Source: a virus. From it: a stretch of DNA of 64,000 nt. The DNA is taken from IMG/VR virus record IMGVR_UViG_3300045988_138996, positions 64,001 through 128,000 of that record; one strand, written 5' to 3'. The notes beneath the pieces are model-generated. The model was not told the DNA's origin, searched no databases, and saw nothing but the letters and a program-made list of their open reading frames with translations. The position numbers and the translations under genes are program-made. This document shows positions 47,601 to 58,400 of the stretch, in pieces (positions within the stretch are counted from its first letter, which is position 1; every line of letters begins with the position of its first letter).

Positions 47601-49377
47601 TGCAACTTCCGACGCATTAAAACTTAATAGTGATTTGACTAAATCTGTAAAAGCAATAACAGCTGGTTATCGTATTAGTTCTGAATCGATGCGTGTCGAC
47701 GATGCTTCTGATTTTATTCAGTCAAGAAAATATATTAATGGCATGACCGTAGCAGATTTACAAAAAAGAGATTATACACCTGCTGTTGCTATTGTCGGAC
47801 AAGAACGATTAGAACAATTAGGCTTATTAGATAGTTCGTTATCTGAAGCAGAAAAGGCCACACGGTTAAAACAAATTCGTGAAGAAGGCGTTACAATTAT
47901 GTTAGACCGTCAACCACATAATTATGCTAAATCTATGGCGTTTGCTAAAGTATATTATGATCCTTCAATTGCTGACAATGCTATACGAACTAATACGGCA
48001 TTTAATATGTTAGCGAAAGCTGACCATGATGGTGATAAAGTATATTTAACAAAAGTTCTCGAAAACAAAATGAGTAATGGTACACCTATTACAGCTAACG
48101 ATATGTTAGCAGCCGATATGCAATATCGTCGAGACGTCTTAGATGTTACGCCTAAAAATATAGCTAATGAAGCTGCTGATCGTTTAAAAACATATATGCC
48201 TAAAGACGTTGAATTTGAACAAGGTACAATTGCTGATAATATTGTTCGTAACAGATTAACAACTGCTGCCGGTGAACCTTATAATGCTATTAAAGGTTTA
48301 GAACGAATGGTCGGTGATTTAAAAATCAACGAAGAAGTAACATTAAGTGGTGGTAAAGGTATATCTAAAACTACAAATGCTAAACAATTAGTTGCCGAAG
48401 TTGCATCTGGTATGCATGAAACATTCTTGTCTCCTAAGAACTTTAGTCAAGAATTCGTATCGAAAATTACATCGCTTCCATCTGCTATTCAAGATGCGTT
48501 GCAATATCAAAAAGGGGACACTGCCGGATCTATTATTCGTCGAGTATCTGATACATTAACTAGCGACGATGAAATCTGGAACGAATCTTTTGGATCTATG
48601 AAGAAGAACACGACATTGTATAAGAACATGGTTTCTGATATAATAGAGAATGAGGGTTTAACAAGCGACGCAGCTGAAGCTAAAGCCGCTGGAATAGTTC
48701 GTGAACAGTTCCAAAAAACAATGGAAAACGTGGCACAAGCTGCCGACGAAAAAGGTTGGACATCTGGGCAAGCTGTTCGCGAGCTTAGAATGTTCGACGC
48801 TAGAGCATTAAGAAGTGATAGTGATGTTCAAATTAAACAAGTACAAGAACAGCAAAAAGCTATGGAAGCTGCACAAGAAGCAACTAAAAATGCTCCGATG
48901 AACCAAGTCGAACAAAAAGTTACCGATATGCAAACGAATGAAGCTGTTATGAATAAAGGTTTAGAAGAACGTGTTTCTAAATTAAGAAATAGTGCGTTTA
49001 AAAAACTCGATAAAGTTAAATCAAATCGTTCTAAAGCCGTTCTCGGTGCTCTTGCCGTTGCCGCAGGTTCTGTATTAGTTGCAGGTTATGGTTCACAATC
49101 TCCGGTACCAGATGTTGATAATACAGCATCTCAAAATATGGGACAAGCTAATACATCAGCTCGATTAGTAATACCACAAAAAGGACAAGCTAACGGCGGT
49201 TATATAATTAATGTAGCAACTTCTACAAATCAAGATCCTCAAGCTGCTATTGCAGCTTTAAATAATGCTCCTGCTTTTGCTGGCGGTGGCAGTGCTACCG
49301 TTACGACAAGAGTAACGAGTCAATATGAAGATATGAATGCTAACGATATTGCTAATTATCTTGATAGCGTATTTTAA
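41668..49377 (+). CDS. giant protein 2 (2569 aa): N-terminal DEDDh exonuclease-like domain plus C-terminal beta-prime-like DPBB with DxDGD (single-chain RNA polymerase candidate)
   Basis: Exo I FDIET (D at 41890-41892). Exo II YNGKAFDVNM (D at 42325-42327). Exo III HSAIED (42604-42621). The segment IMLDRQPHNYAKSMAFAKVYYDP...FNMLAKADHDGDKVYL (DHDGD at 48022-48036) parallels the beta-prime NRxPsLH..s...//NADFDGD. Hydrophobic AVLGALAVAAGSVLVAGYG near the C-terminus. Confidence 0.6.
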   Translation: MAYDSFIINSAYKQRSFTMAGFDTLSSLNTMLSNVRLERRKHTELLLNTTTTMPVALNGMANKEYVLDDKAYIFDIETLPSIKVGNEQIPDIMWQYTARREGETYNMFSGIDEKAETAYRNLFLKPDFKYEELSRSEKVVADTLARIGKNYREGSGSIPEALSPLGYKDYADMKKYQELIENGINALSKEGDATHLIAKEIVDHIHKDTTLVTYNGKAFDVNMTSQQIARDTGIDKKVRGLAINKLSKANHYDPYREIRTAYQLNPQSMKEAYREHILGSDIAKERLIGEFTGWSNKQTSFGLAVGLDVNAAHSAIEDTGVFENLMKNAGFRAFMAKAIEINNSPKNKVQYKVSAGATIFNTSSLWNRDRGILMFQQSEDGGYEFPQFSARANDNGVFTAYNNAPIVTNSAYNVKFVGQLDRNDSSLGAFAYEHANELGLKGNDDIHYIALEEASGRGPVRYIMGSKKVLEDTLTDSFRVLSNTSANGETTYNFEQIVSAANSLGIPMGRPDNTMDKVIAASAKRQSSANAWDKIESGAFNREAYVTGPLIKNFAENERGMALNILGDALELGTDVATAASARKAGDTGGIITDDFMKRTEQLFGIAKQHYGIDSNDPKSKMFSVAGVQKIIENINNEDVLSMVNMVQTEAAALPGVKDYHKTVAMNLLAKEYHKVYDELHPEYGYRASISDKMLDGISKDMHLSGGAFSFDVRQENAEKSIGSIKNTMKRLLTRPGRESVSRSDYVKGYSVLVKNIFGAKSRQAQGFENLVERQGSDMTDFAEYIFRNVQQLRIDTYRDGKKHHEMFRTSSTPSKDVSLFKDDDELVNRLRASVIKNLKALSSTPEDSVNSIYNYLMGNITRKDFDIFSNRNNYAGALYDQVSDHMKSFANQLEFLAHQNQQDILIKDGRLMMGKGNTFRDITGNIPLLKRLDSVPVLAFGNTNIAINPILNVVEGAKPNEKFVQIGIKGLSTYDHLENSVKYTLENNKNLGQMSPVEALFETLSRLKKDLNITYSKEPIEGKTPALLQGYGGVLDSSFQLDTSGIKEDFKFLYQSGYLTDEHIKASGIASDWNHINFQDNESLQNEFIKKYIYKDYSGKGSVFNVEKGEAYRGIESRRALESLIFAKDSSGMTPIENALQNVNSAGKFHELQRIGKDEYKLRRIDRSGTEFAQSIELIPEVATQKNAVHNTMPIAGIKDNASGPNINFRARNDTARSYNKSMANATMLTPEDVKDVLRQADLPDNYEENHNILNYKYNETGGKYVFNGTNVVINGRLEEGQTVAGEKEKIFNIMKKKIEKTYNRKMTQEEIDHLKSMIDLNTFDSLNEGSALIRTGVMDALATSNTSPGGTSFNLTEQSLNKEFLEENMPIYRDVDGTLRYKDSQKMTSIGRNKKFNVFAESNAYGDLPKISRTEMFGKINFYSDHGTRKLTKEEVQDILDKIGTVDASYDYETLVRTLKTNGVTVMMDYKPVGSQATKLFAESDKLTAASLNTRVGQYDKKLASIFKKAGFGKAMEKQLNWEFLSNMILWHDKLADVFETKDNKPDIVKLRGELSRHYGSLEAGVKAIRKERDLMDKALGEYLGVEHWSTATGATEAAKRKDVFRLTNRVLNDLIEGLDESNRGEVLSRVAKTLKEKGTFKFIDDSNLEYNLKNGKVEFSDYLKDIGTYENETGKIVSKNWDHVINDIKSALKEDEIKKIDKDYLNEKNKYEERISYLQFSKNYVHQAQVATLDSVSAEQLKRLMLNSKSVEDAALLFDKNSKYYTHIAERGGMITVGDDILDAFTHTRYSRLKRKEEQKLAHSNSFEPGSLEDIINKEYASKNIIASEDHIKEVASYEQQLALAKRNGVSNSGSQATAMDEFDRILKSKDGNVQKAALNELNNKINIADIKFDDKGNIINVGHLRGNISVEDGKYHFNYDLHLGRTYGNQQLSDAQTAYVNQTEEMLHYINAGDYEKARLAQNKLADAKQRVNDATSDALKLNSDLTKSVKAITAGYRISSESMRVDDASDFIQSRKYINGMTVADLQKRDYTPAVAIVGQERLEQLGLLDSSLSEAEKATRLKQIREEGVTIMLDRQPHNYAKSMAFAKVYYDPSIADNAIRTNTAFNMLAKADHDGDKVYLTKVLENKMSNGTPITANDMLAADMQYRRDVLDVTPKNIANEAADRLKTYMPKDVEFEQGTIADNIVRNRLTTAAGEPYNAIKGLERMVGDLKINEEVTLSGGKGISKTTNAKQLVAEVASGMHETFLSPKNFSQEFVSKITSLPSAIQDALQYQKGDTAGSIIRRVSDTLTSDDEIWNESFGSMKKNTTLYKNMVSDIIENEGLTSDAAEAKAAGIVREQFQKTMENVAQAADEKGWTSGQAVRELRMFDARALRSDSDVQIKQVQEQQKAMEAAQEATKNAPMNQVEQKVTDMQTNEAVMNKGLEERVSKLRNSAFKKLDKVKSNRSKAVLGALAVAAGSVLVAGYGSQSPVPDVDNTASQNMGQANTSARLVIPQKGQANGGYIINVATSTNQDPQAAIAALNNAPAFAGGGSATVTTRVTSQYEDMNANDIANYLDSVF

Positions 49378-49402
49378 TTATATTTAATAAAGGAATTATC
49401 TA

Positions 49403-52400
49403 ATGGCGGAAGAACAAAAAAAGACTGAAGAACAAAAACCAGCTTCAACAAAAGAAGTCATGGATGATGCTAAGAAACCTAAAGAACCTAAAAAAGGTTC
49501 GATCGAACATTTGAACGATATCATTAAAGATACTCAAATGAGTCTTCCAGAAATTTCTGATTTTGAAGCAGGTGCTATCGATACACGCATATATGAAGAA
49601 CTTGCTAAACAAATGGGAAGTGATTTAGATGCGGCAGTTTTCTATCGTGAAGATCCGCCGTTAGAACATGTTGGTGTCGATAAAGTGAGAGGGCTGGCTA
49701 TGGTCAGCCTTCCTCCTTCTGCTTTCAGAATTAAGGAAGAGGATTTGCATGCTGGCTTTGTCGATGGCGATACATTATATGCTGATCTGCGAAAAGCCAA
49801 TGTAAAAGATCCAGAATTATTAGCCTTTTTAACTAAAGGTCAACAAAATATGAGAGCTTGGCTCGCTCAAGAAAAAACTAATTCTGAAGATGTATATGAT
49901 ATTAATAATGTAAAAGATGAAAACTATAGTCTCGATTATGACATGGGTTTTCGTTTTTTATTTTATGACGCACCTGAAGTATATCACTGGTCTGTTATTT
50001 ATGCGACCGATGTTATTAAAACTACATATGGCGAAGCTGTTAATAAATATAATGCATTCGTTACGAAGGCACATGATGTTAGTACAGTTGGCTTTGGTAA
50101 CAAATGGGCTCGGAATTTAGATTCTGACGAATGTACAATTGCTCAAGTAGCAGAATTTGATAATCGTTGGATTGAAGTAAATGAAAAACTAACGACAAAA
50201 CGATTCGGCGGATTATATCCATACGATAATTCTAAGAAGATAAATGGACGTGTTCCTGTATTTGGTTTATCAGCTGATGGTACAGAATATTCTTTATTAG
50301 AAACAGCATATGCTGCAGCTAATGAAGTTGTACATATGATTAAAACAGCTAAAGAAGTTCGTGCTGTTATCGATATTAATGGCTCATCTAAACAAGATCA
50401 GACTACGTCTTATCCTAAAAACTTTATGAGTTTTCCTGGTGATTCTTTATTAGCTAACTATGTTAATACTATTAATCAACGATTATTGAGTTTCCAAGAT
50501 CCGACAATTTTTAAAGAGACTGGTATTAATATGTATGGTCTCGAACATTATCGTCGTAATCTTGCTGTTATTTATGTTAAACAAGGCGAAAGTTGGATTA
50601 ACTTAAATAAATATATTATTTCCAAGAATCATCATGTTTCAATTTTAAAATATTCTGATTTTACAAATCCTAATTTGAAACCATGGTCTTATGAGTTCGA
50701 TAGAAAAGTATGGGCCGATGCTGTATGGAATATAACAAATCAATTAGATAAACGTCATGAAATACAAAATAAAGCATTCGGTACACAAAACATTACATCG
50801 GGATTAACATCGATTGCTGATTGGACATGTACATTAGGTGACGTAACATTATTTGTACCACCTATTTCGATTAGTACAGTTACACAAGCGAACTCTCAAA
50901 ATATTCCGTTAATGCGTGCTAAAGGTTCAGCTAATATAGAAAATGCTAAGCCAGATCGATTACTTCAATTAGAATTGTATTTTAATGAAGATCGTGGTAT
51001 CAATGGACAACCTGTTACGGTTGACACAAATTCTTCGGACAAAAAGAAACAGATAACATATTATATGAATGGTTTTAGATCGTTGTTGTCTGAATTTCAT
51101 TTCGTTCCGTATATGCCTATTGAAAATAAGTATATTAATGAAACGTTAGATATCGATGCTGTATGTTTTGAAGCTATATCGGTAGCAACAGTACCAAATT
51201 ATCCTAAGCTATTAAAAGTAACGTTACTATTAAGAGAATTTGATTATCAAGCTTTTATGCCTCAAGTTCCTAAACACAGAGAAATTGAAGGCGGCGAAGT
51301 CGTAAAATATCGTAATTATTTTTCTAAGACAATTAATTATGATTTATTGCGCTGGTATTATCAACGCCCATTATTATTGGGCAATGAATTGCATGATAAA
51401 CAGTATCCAATATTCTCGAAGGATTTTATGAAGCGGACATTGTTCGCTAATCGATCTGCATTGATGCCAGTCGATACATTAAATCCGAGAATTGATTTTT
51501 ATGTGCCAGACGAAGCTAAGTTAATTAAATTAGAAAAGATTCGTCAAACATATACTAAGACTAATAAAAAAACACCAAATGCTTATCGCCCATCTCCTGC
51601 CGATAAAGCATTGTTTAGTGAAGCTAATAGAGTATTTACAACATTAAAAGGTAAATACTTTGCAAATGAAATTAAAAATTTCTCTTCTAATAAAACTTCG
51701 CAATACGAATTCTTATCAGACGCTGGCAATAAGCTTACTAAATATTTAAATCAATTTAATATTCAGGCGTATTATGATATCGTAGAACCAAATATCGATG
51801 TTATAAATAAACTAAAAGATGCTGGTAGTTTTATATTAACAGGTGGCGATGCAAAACCAACTGTCGATTTTAATAATCCTAAGAGTACTCGTTTAATTCT
51901 TCATATTAAACCAACGACACAATATAATTCATTAGAAGATTCATTATTATTACGTCAACAATTTGCTTCGACGTTAACAAATGCTGGTTCTTCTAATATG
52001 GCAGAAAATGCTCAGAATTTAGATAATGGGCATCCTGTCGATACAGATGTATATAATAGTATTTTTAAAAACGAAGAATTTTCATTAAGTCTTATTGTTA
52101 AAGAAAATGACGGAAAATTATCTTTAGATTATTATCCATATGATACGGATTCTAAATTCTTAGAATATTGTGCATCTCAATTTAGTCGACTCGGTACTAA
52201 TGATGATACATATAATGCATTGTCTGGTAATGAACAGCAGTATGAAGAATATGAAGATTCTGAATTCGAACGATTAACGTCTATCGATTATCGATTATAT
52301 TTAAAAGATGTATTAGTGCAAGGCTTAACAGCTAACTTCTCTAATACATATGCTAATATGTCTGTCGACACTCATCGAGGGCAAGCACCTCAATATATGG

Positions 52401-55400
52401 GCGGTCAAGATGCAACATTAACATTCTCTGTTATGACATATGACCAAGCTACTGTCGATGCATTCGATAAGATTCCTAAGATTATTGCATATTTTAAAAA
52501 GAAATATCCAAATGCATTACCTTCGTACCCATTCAGAATTGAATCTGAATTTACTAAATTAATTGGTGTGTACGAAGTTATTGTCGATCAAGTAGCTATT
52601 TCAACTGTTCCTAATTATCCTGGATTGTTCCAAATTAAAGTATCGTTACGCCAAACAGATAGAACGTTGCGCAATCGATTTGCTGTATATAAACAATTCT
52701 CTGTCGAAAATTATGCATCTAATTTAGCAACAGCACAAAAAGCTGCACAAGCTGCTCTTGGATATTTCGATATCGATGCTAATTTATCTAAAGCTGAATT
52801 ATATCCAGATTTACAATTACCAACAATTAAAGAACTCGGTGAAATGGGTTTTGAATTTATTCGCTATAAAAACCCAGGTAATCAAGTATTTGTCGATCCT
52901 GATTTTTATTTCTGCTATCATGAAACACTATTCTCTGAACTATTAAGAGATATAGTTCTTATGGATAGTAAAATGTTACAGTTGTATAAAGAAGCAGATG
53001 AAAAAGGTAAGCCTTTAGATAAAACTGTCGAAATGACAGCTTTCGATGATACTGGACGTGGTGTCGAGTATTCTCGATCAGGTGGTATGAATATAGCATC
53101 TAATGGCGGATTAGCATTAGCGCTTGACAAAAAAGAATGGGATTTAACAACTCAAAAAATTAACGATCTTAAAAAAGAAGAAAATGATATGCGATTAAGA
53201 CTCGTTAAACATGGCGTCAATACTGGTCAATGGAAAATCGGTAAAAATGCTTCAGTATCATTCATGGAACCATATTATTCCTGGATGTATTATCATTTAA
53301 AAGATGATGTCGATTGGAATAACACAGGTAAAAAAGAAGCTGAAAAATCTGTTAAAGATGCAAAAAGAATTGATCAGACAAAAAAAGATTTAGAAGCTGT
53401 TGGTGGTTTTGCTCCGACATCTGGCATGGACGATAAACAAAAGAAAGATTATCAGGATCGAAAAGATAAAGGAACAGAAAATGCATTAAAATCTGTTCTT
53501 GTTGATTCTGTCGATACGTTTATGAACATTGCTGACGATGCTTTAAAATTCTTAAGCACGATTGCTATCGAAGAAGAAAATCAAGATAAAGTATTACTTC
53601 AACATTTTTACAACTTAATTGTCGAAACTAAGTCAGTTCAACAAAGTACATTCTCTGATTGGCAAGATAAAATTAATAGTACATTAAATAAATTCGTAGC
53701 CGCTGCAGTTTTGTCTGGTGTCGATAGTGATTTAAGTACTGAAAAACAACAAGAACTTGGCAAACAGTTTATAGCATTTACAGCCACAAAAAAATCTGCT
53801 AACGATTCAGTATTAGATCAAGCTGCTAAAAATCAACAAGCTTATAGTATGATGTTGGCTGGAGTAGATCCTAACGGGAGCCCTTCTAATAATGATGCTT
53901 TGTCTAAAAATAAATTTAATTTACGTTCGACAAAATATTTATATGAACAAGCTAAATTAAGTTATGACTTTGACAAAGATAAAGATTTCTGGCGTTACGG
54001 CTCTATTGTTGAGATGGGCGTCTTTGGTATTCCATGTTTTACTGAAGAAGAATTTAAATCTAATCCATTATTAAATTTAATGAATGTAGACTTTGCGGCT
54101 CGTAAGAAAAAATTTACCGATAAAAAATATACATTCTTAGATTCTGATCATTATTACTTTATCGATCCATATTATCAAACTTCTGATTATAGCGAAACAA
54201 TGGCATATATGAAAGGTTGTATGACCGATTATTATTATGCTAAAAATGCATTCCTTCGTAATATGTTATTCTGGATGTGTACATTAATTAAGAATAATAT
54301 TATGCCAAATTACATGACAGATATTTTATTTAATAATGCTGATGGCGAAGTGTCTGCATATGAATATATGAAGGATATGGATTTATCTAAAGACATTCAA
54401 GAAAAGAATGTTAATACGATGAAAAACTTCGTTAAAGATAATCAAGAAAAGTTTGTAAATGGTAAATTATTTGTATGCTATTCTTTAACAGCTCTTGCTA
54501 AAGATAATGATTTCATCAAGAAAATTACGACTCGCAATTATAATTCTTTAAATGCTACGACACATAAAGTATTAACACCAGCATTAAGTGTAACAGCGCC
54601 ATTAGAAGATAGTGATATGATTCTTCGTCGCTTATTATTTGCATTAGTGCCTGCCGGTATTATTGAGAAAGTCGAAGAGCTTGGTGTCGATATTAGTAAT
54701 AATAACCCGATTAGTCAAATTGAACGTGATTATTCTCAAAAATTAGAGCTTGAAGCAAACTCTAAAGCAAACTTGCCAAGACGTGTTCGTGATTCATTCC
54801 TCGATATGATTCAAACAGATGTTCGAGGCAGAATGCTTAGAGGCTTCCCAACATTCCAAGTTATGTTTATCGACGAAGGATTAACATCTGGATTCTGGAA
54901 AATGCACGATAGTTTTTATAGTACGAATGCTATTAGTTCTATACAAGTTGTTAAATCTAAAAATATTGCGGCTGATACAGCCACAATTCAGATTAATAAC
55001 GCATTCCAAAATATTCTTGCCGAATACGATTCAGATGGCGATAATGATAACTACGTACAACAATTACAAAATGGCTTAGCAGCATTAAATAACTGGTATG
55101 ATAGTATATTTAACCCTAGAACATTTGTTCGTAACGCACAACAAAAACAAGATATGATTCCAGAACGAGCATCTATTAAATTAGTAGCCGGTGCTAGAAT
55201 TCATATTCGTATGGGTTATTCAGCTGATGCGGCAAAGTTACCTCCGATGTTTAACGGTATGATTACCGAGATTATTGGTGGCGATGTTGTTAATATAACA
55301 GCGCAAAGTGATGGTATTGAATTATCAAATCCTATCCGTGAAGATAACTATGGCGATCGTATTAAAAACAGAGGCGTACATTATTTCCAAGATAGTCCAT

Positions 55401-58400
55401 ATGGTAAATCATTTGGCGGCGTTTCTCCTCGAGTATTAATTAGCTCATTCTTAACTTCTCAAGATCAAAATTCATTTAGTAAGGTATTTAGAGAAAATAA
55501 TTGGAATGTTCTATCTAGAGTATTCTCTAAAAATCCATTTGGTATTTATCATTTTGGCGATGCATATTATCGAGATATATTTGCAAATGGTGAACCAGTT
55601 CAAAACATTTATGAGGTAACTAATGATGGTTCCGCTCATTATTATAATAGTCGTATTAATAATGGTATCTTAGATAGCTTGAATCCTTTATCAGATGGTA
55701 ATCGTATCATTACTGAACAAGGACAAGAACGACAAGAAGATACATGGACTATTAATCAATTAGCCAATACGTTTGGATTAGGTACACAATCTGGTCATCA
55801 ATATATCGATATTAAAACACAAGGTCGTACTGTTTGGGATATTCTTCAGTTCTCAGCAAGTGCAGAACCTACTTATATTGGTGCCGTTACTAATTTTGGT
55901 TTTAGAAGTACAGCATTCTTAGGCAAGCCAGATTGGTATTATGCTTATAAATATGTTAAACAAGGCAAGGATCATAATATAACAGAAAAACGTAAGCCAT
56001 ATTCTCAATTCCATATGTATTGGTCTGATCATGATATTATGTCTAATCAAATTCAGACTAATATTAATAAAGTAGCAATAGTTGCTAAAGGCTTATATAA
56101 TTTTGAAGACGTTAAAAAATCAACACCTGATGTATATCTAGATCGTGATATTTATCCTGAATACCAACGCTCTATCGTTGTCGATACATGGTTACATGCT
56201 CGTACTCAAATTAATACATCGTCTGATAATACATTTACGATTGATAGTGAAATTGGTTCGCTCGATAATTATGCTACAACTACTGGTTTAGTTATGAGTA
56301 TTCCAGGTGCAGCCTTGGGTTCTGAAGGTGGTTTCCTTGGTATGGCTGCTGGCGGTGCTGCTGGGTTTGGTATCGGTACGCTTATTGAAAAAGGCATTAA
56401 ATCTTTAGCCTCTTGGGCCGTTACAAATTGGTTCCCTCCAGAATTCGGTGGCAGTGAACATAATCATGAAAAAACAGCTCGTAATATGACAATTAGCCGA
56501 TTAAAGCGTTCGGTCGAACAAATTTATTCTGGTAATTTAGTCGTATATGGTGATCCATCTGTTAAACCACATGATAGAATTGCTATCATCGATGAACCAA
56601 ATAGCATGACTGGTCAAGCTAAGGTTCGTGATGTTGTTCATATGATGTCGGTAACGACTGGTTTCGTTACGACAATTACACCCGATGCGATTGTCGATCC
56701 TTTAAATGATATGACAACAAAAGAAGTTAATATGTCATTTATGTCGACAGCTACTCGTTATACAACATATGCAATGGGCTTATATAATTTATCGCGTTCT
56801 TTATTAGTTCAGGCTTTATACGATGACTTTGTCGGAGCAGTCGTTCGATCTGAAGGTTGGTTTGCTGAACGTTATGCTAGTAAAGTGCAAGGATTAATGG
56901 AACATAATAAAAATCCATTCTATAAACTTGAATCCTATAAAGTTCGCAAACAATTGGCTCTCGATAAAATCGACGAACAAATTTTAAGTCTTCAAAATAA
57001 AAAAGTTGCTGGCACATTAACTCATGCAGAAAATGAAAAAATCACGATGCAGCTACGTAATTTATTAGCTCGTCGAGAAAAGATATCTTCTATTTCTACT
57101 GCAGGTAAAGTACAATCAGCATTAGGAAATGCTCATAAAACATCTCGTGAGTATATTTTGCAACATCTTAATGATTGGATTAAAACTAATACTGAGTTTG
57201 AATTAGCTAAAAAACAAACGGCTGAAAAATTTGCATCGTTAATGAGCGAAGATATAAAAAAAGCTAAAGATGATTACTACAAAGCAGCATCTCAAAAAGG
57301 ACGTGAAAAATATGTTCGTGACCAAACAAATACATTATTTGAATCCTTAAACAAAGGCGATGCTAAAAAAGCAAAAAGCATAGAAGTAGATGCCCCTGTA
57401 TTTGATGAAAATGGCAATGCTGTTTTAGATGAAAACGGCAAGCAAAAAACTGCGAAGAAAACTATTAAGCTTAACAAAGGTAAGAAAAATGCCAGCAAAG
57501 AATTACAGAAGCTTTATGAAAAGCAATTCAATAAAGAGTATGATATAATTCTTCGCAATAAAGAAATGGCGTTAAGAAAATCTGTTCAAAAAGTCGAAGC
57601 AGTTACGAATCGAATTTCTTTAGTTAATAATACTGAAAAAGGTACTAAGGTCTTAGATGAAATAAAAGAAGTGTTATCTACATCTAAAACAATTACGCCT
57701 GATAAGATTACAGAAATTACTAACGATGTTCTCAAGACTGGTGGTCTTGGTTCTAAGGTCGAAGCATTTGCTTCTAGTTTCTTAGGTAAGAAAATCGTAG
57801 GCTTTGTTAGTAAAGGTTTGCGTATGGCAGGTAATCCTCTCGTTATTTTAGGCTCCTTTGTATTAGGACGTTGGGGCGACATGATTAAAAACTTTATAGA
57901 AAACTATAAAGTATTATGTGTAACGCCACTATTAAAACGCGGTATGCCATTTATTCCAGCTTGGGGCGGTAATTCTGGTACGATATTTATGAGTCCGACA
58001 TGGGGCCAACGTGGACCAATGTTAGATCTTATGGATAATTTATTTAATTATCGCATTACTAAAACAAATAATGGCGCAGCCGATACATGGGAATATGCTA
58101 AAATGAGTGGCAGTTGGTTATTAAATGCATTACTTGGCGGCGGCCCTGGTGAAGCTATGGAAAAATATGCTTTACAAACTGATAATATGATGAAAGCTAA
58201 TGATCAAGGTGGTCAGGTTACTTATACGATGACTGATAACTATGTATCGTCATTATTCCAATATGGTGATATTCGTACGATGTCTCAAATCGTAAATGTA
58301 AACGATAAAACTATTAAAGCCGAGAAAGAATTATCACGCGCCAATGCTAAGATGTTTATGCATCCTTTCGATATGACAATCTTTAATGATACGACATTGT

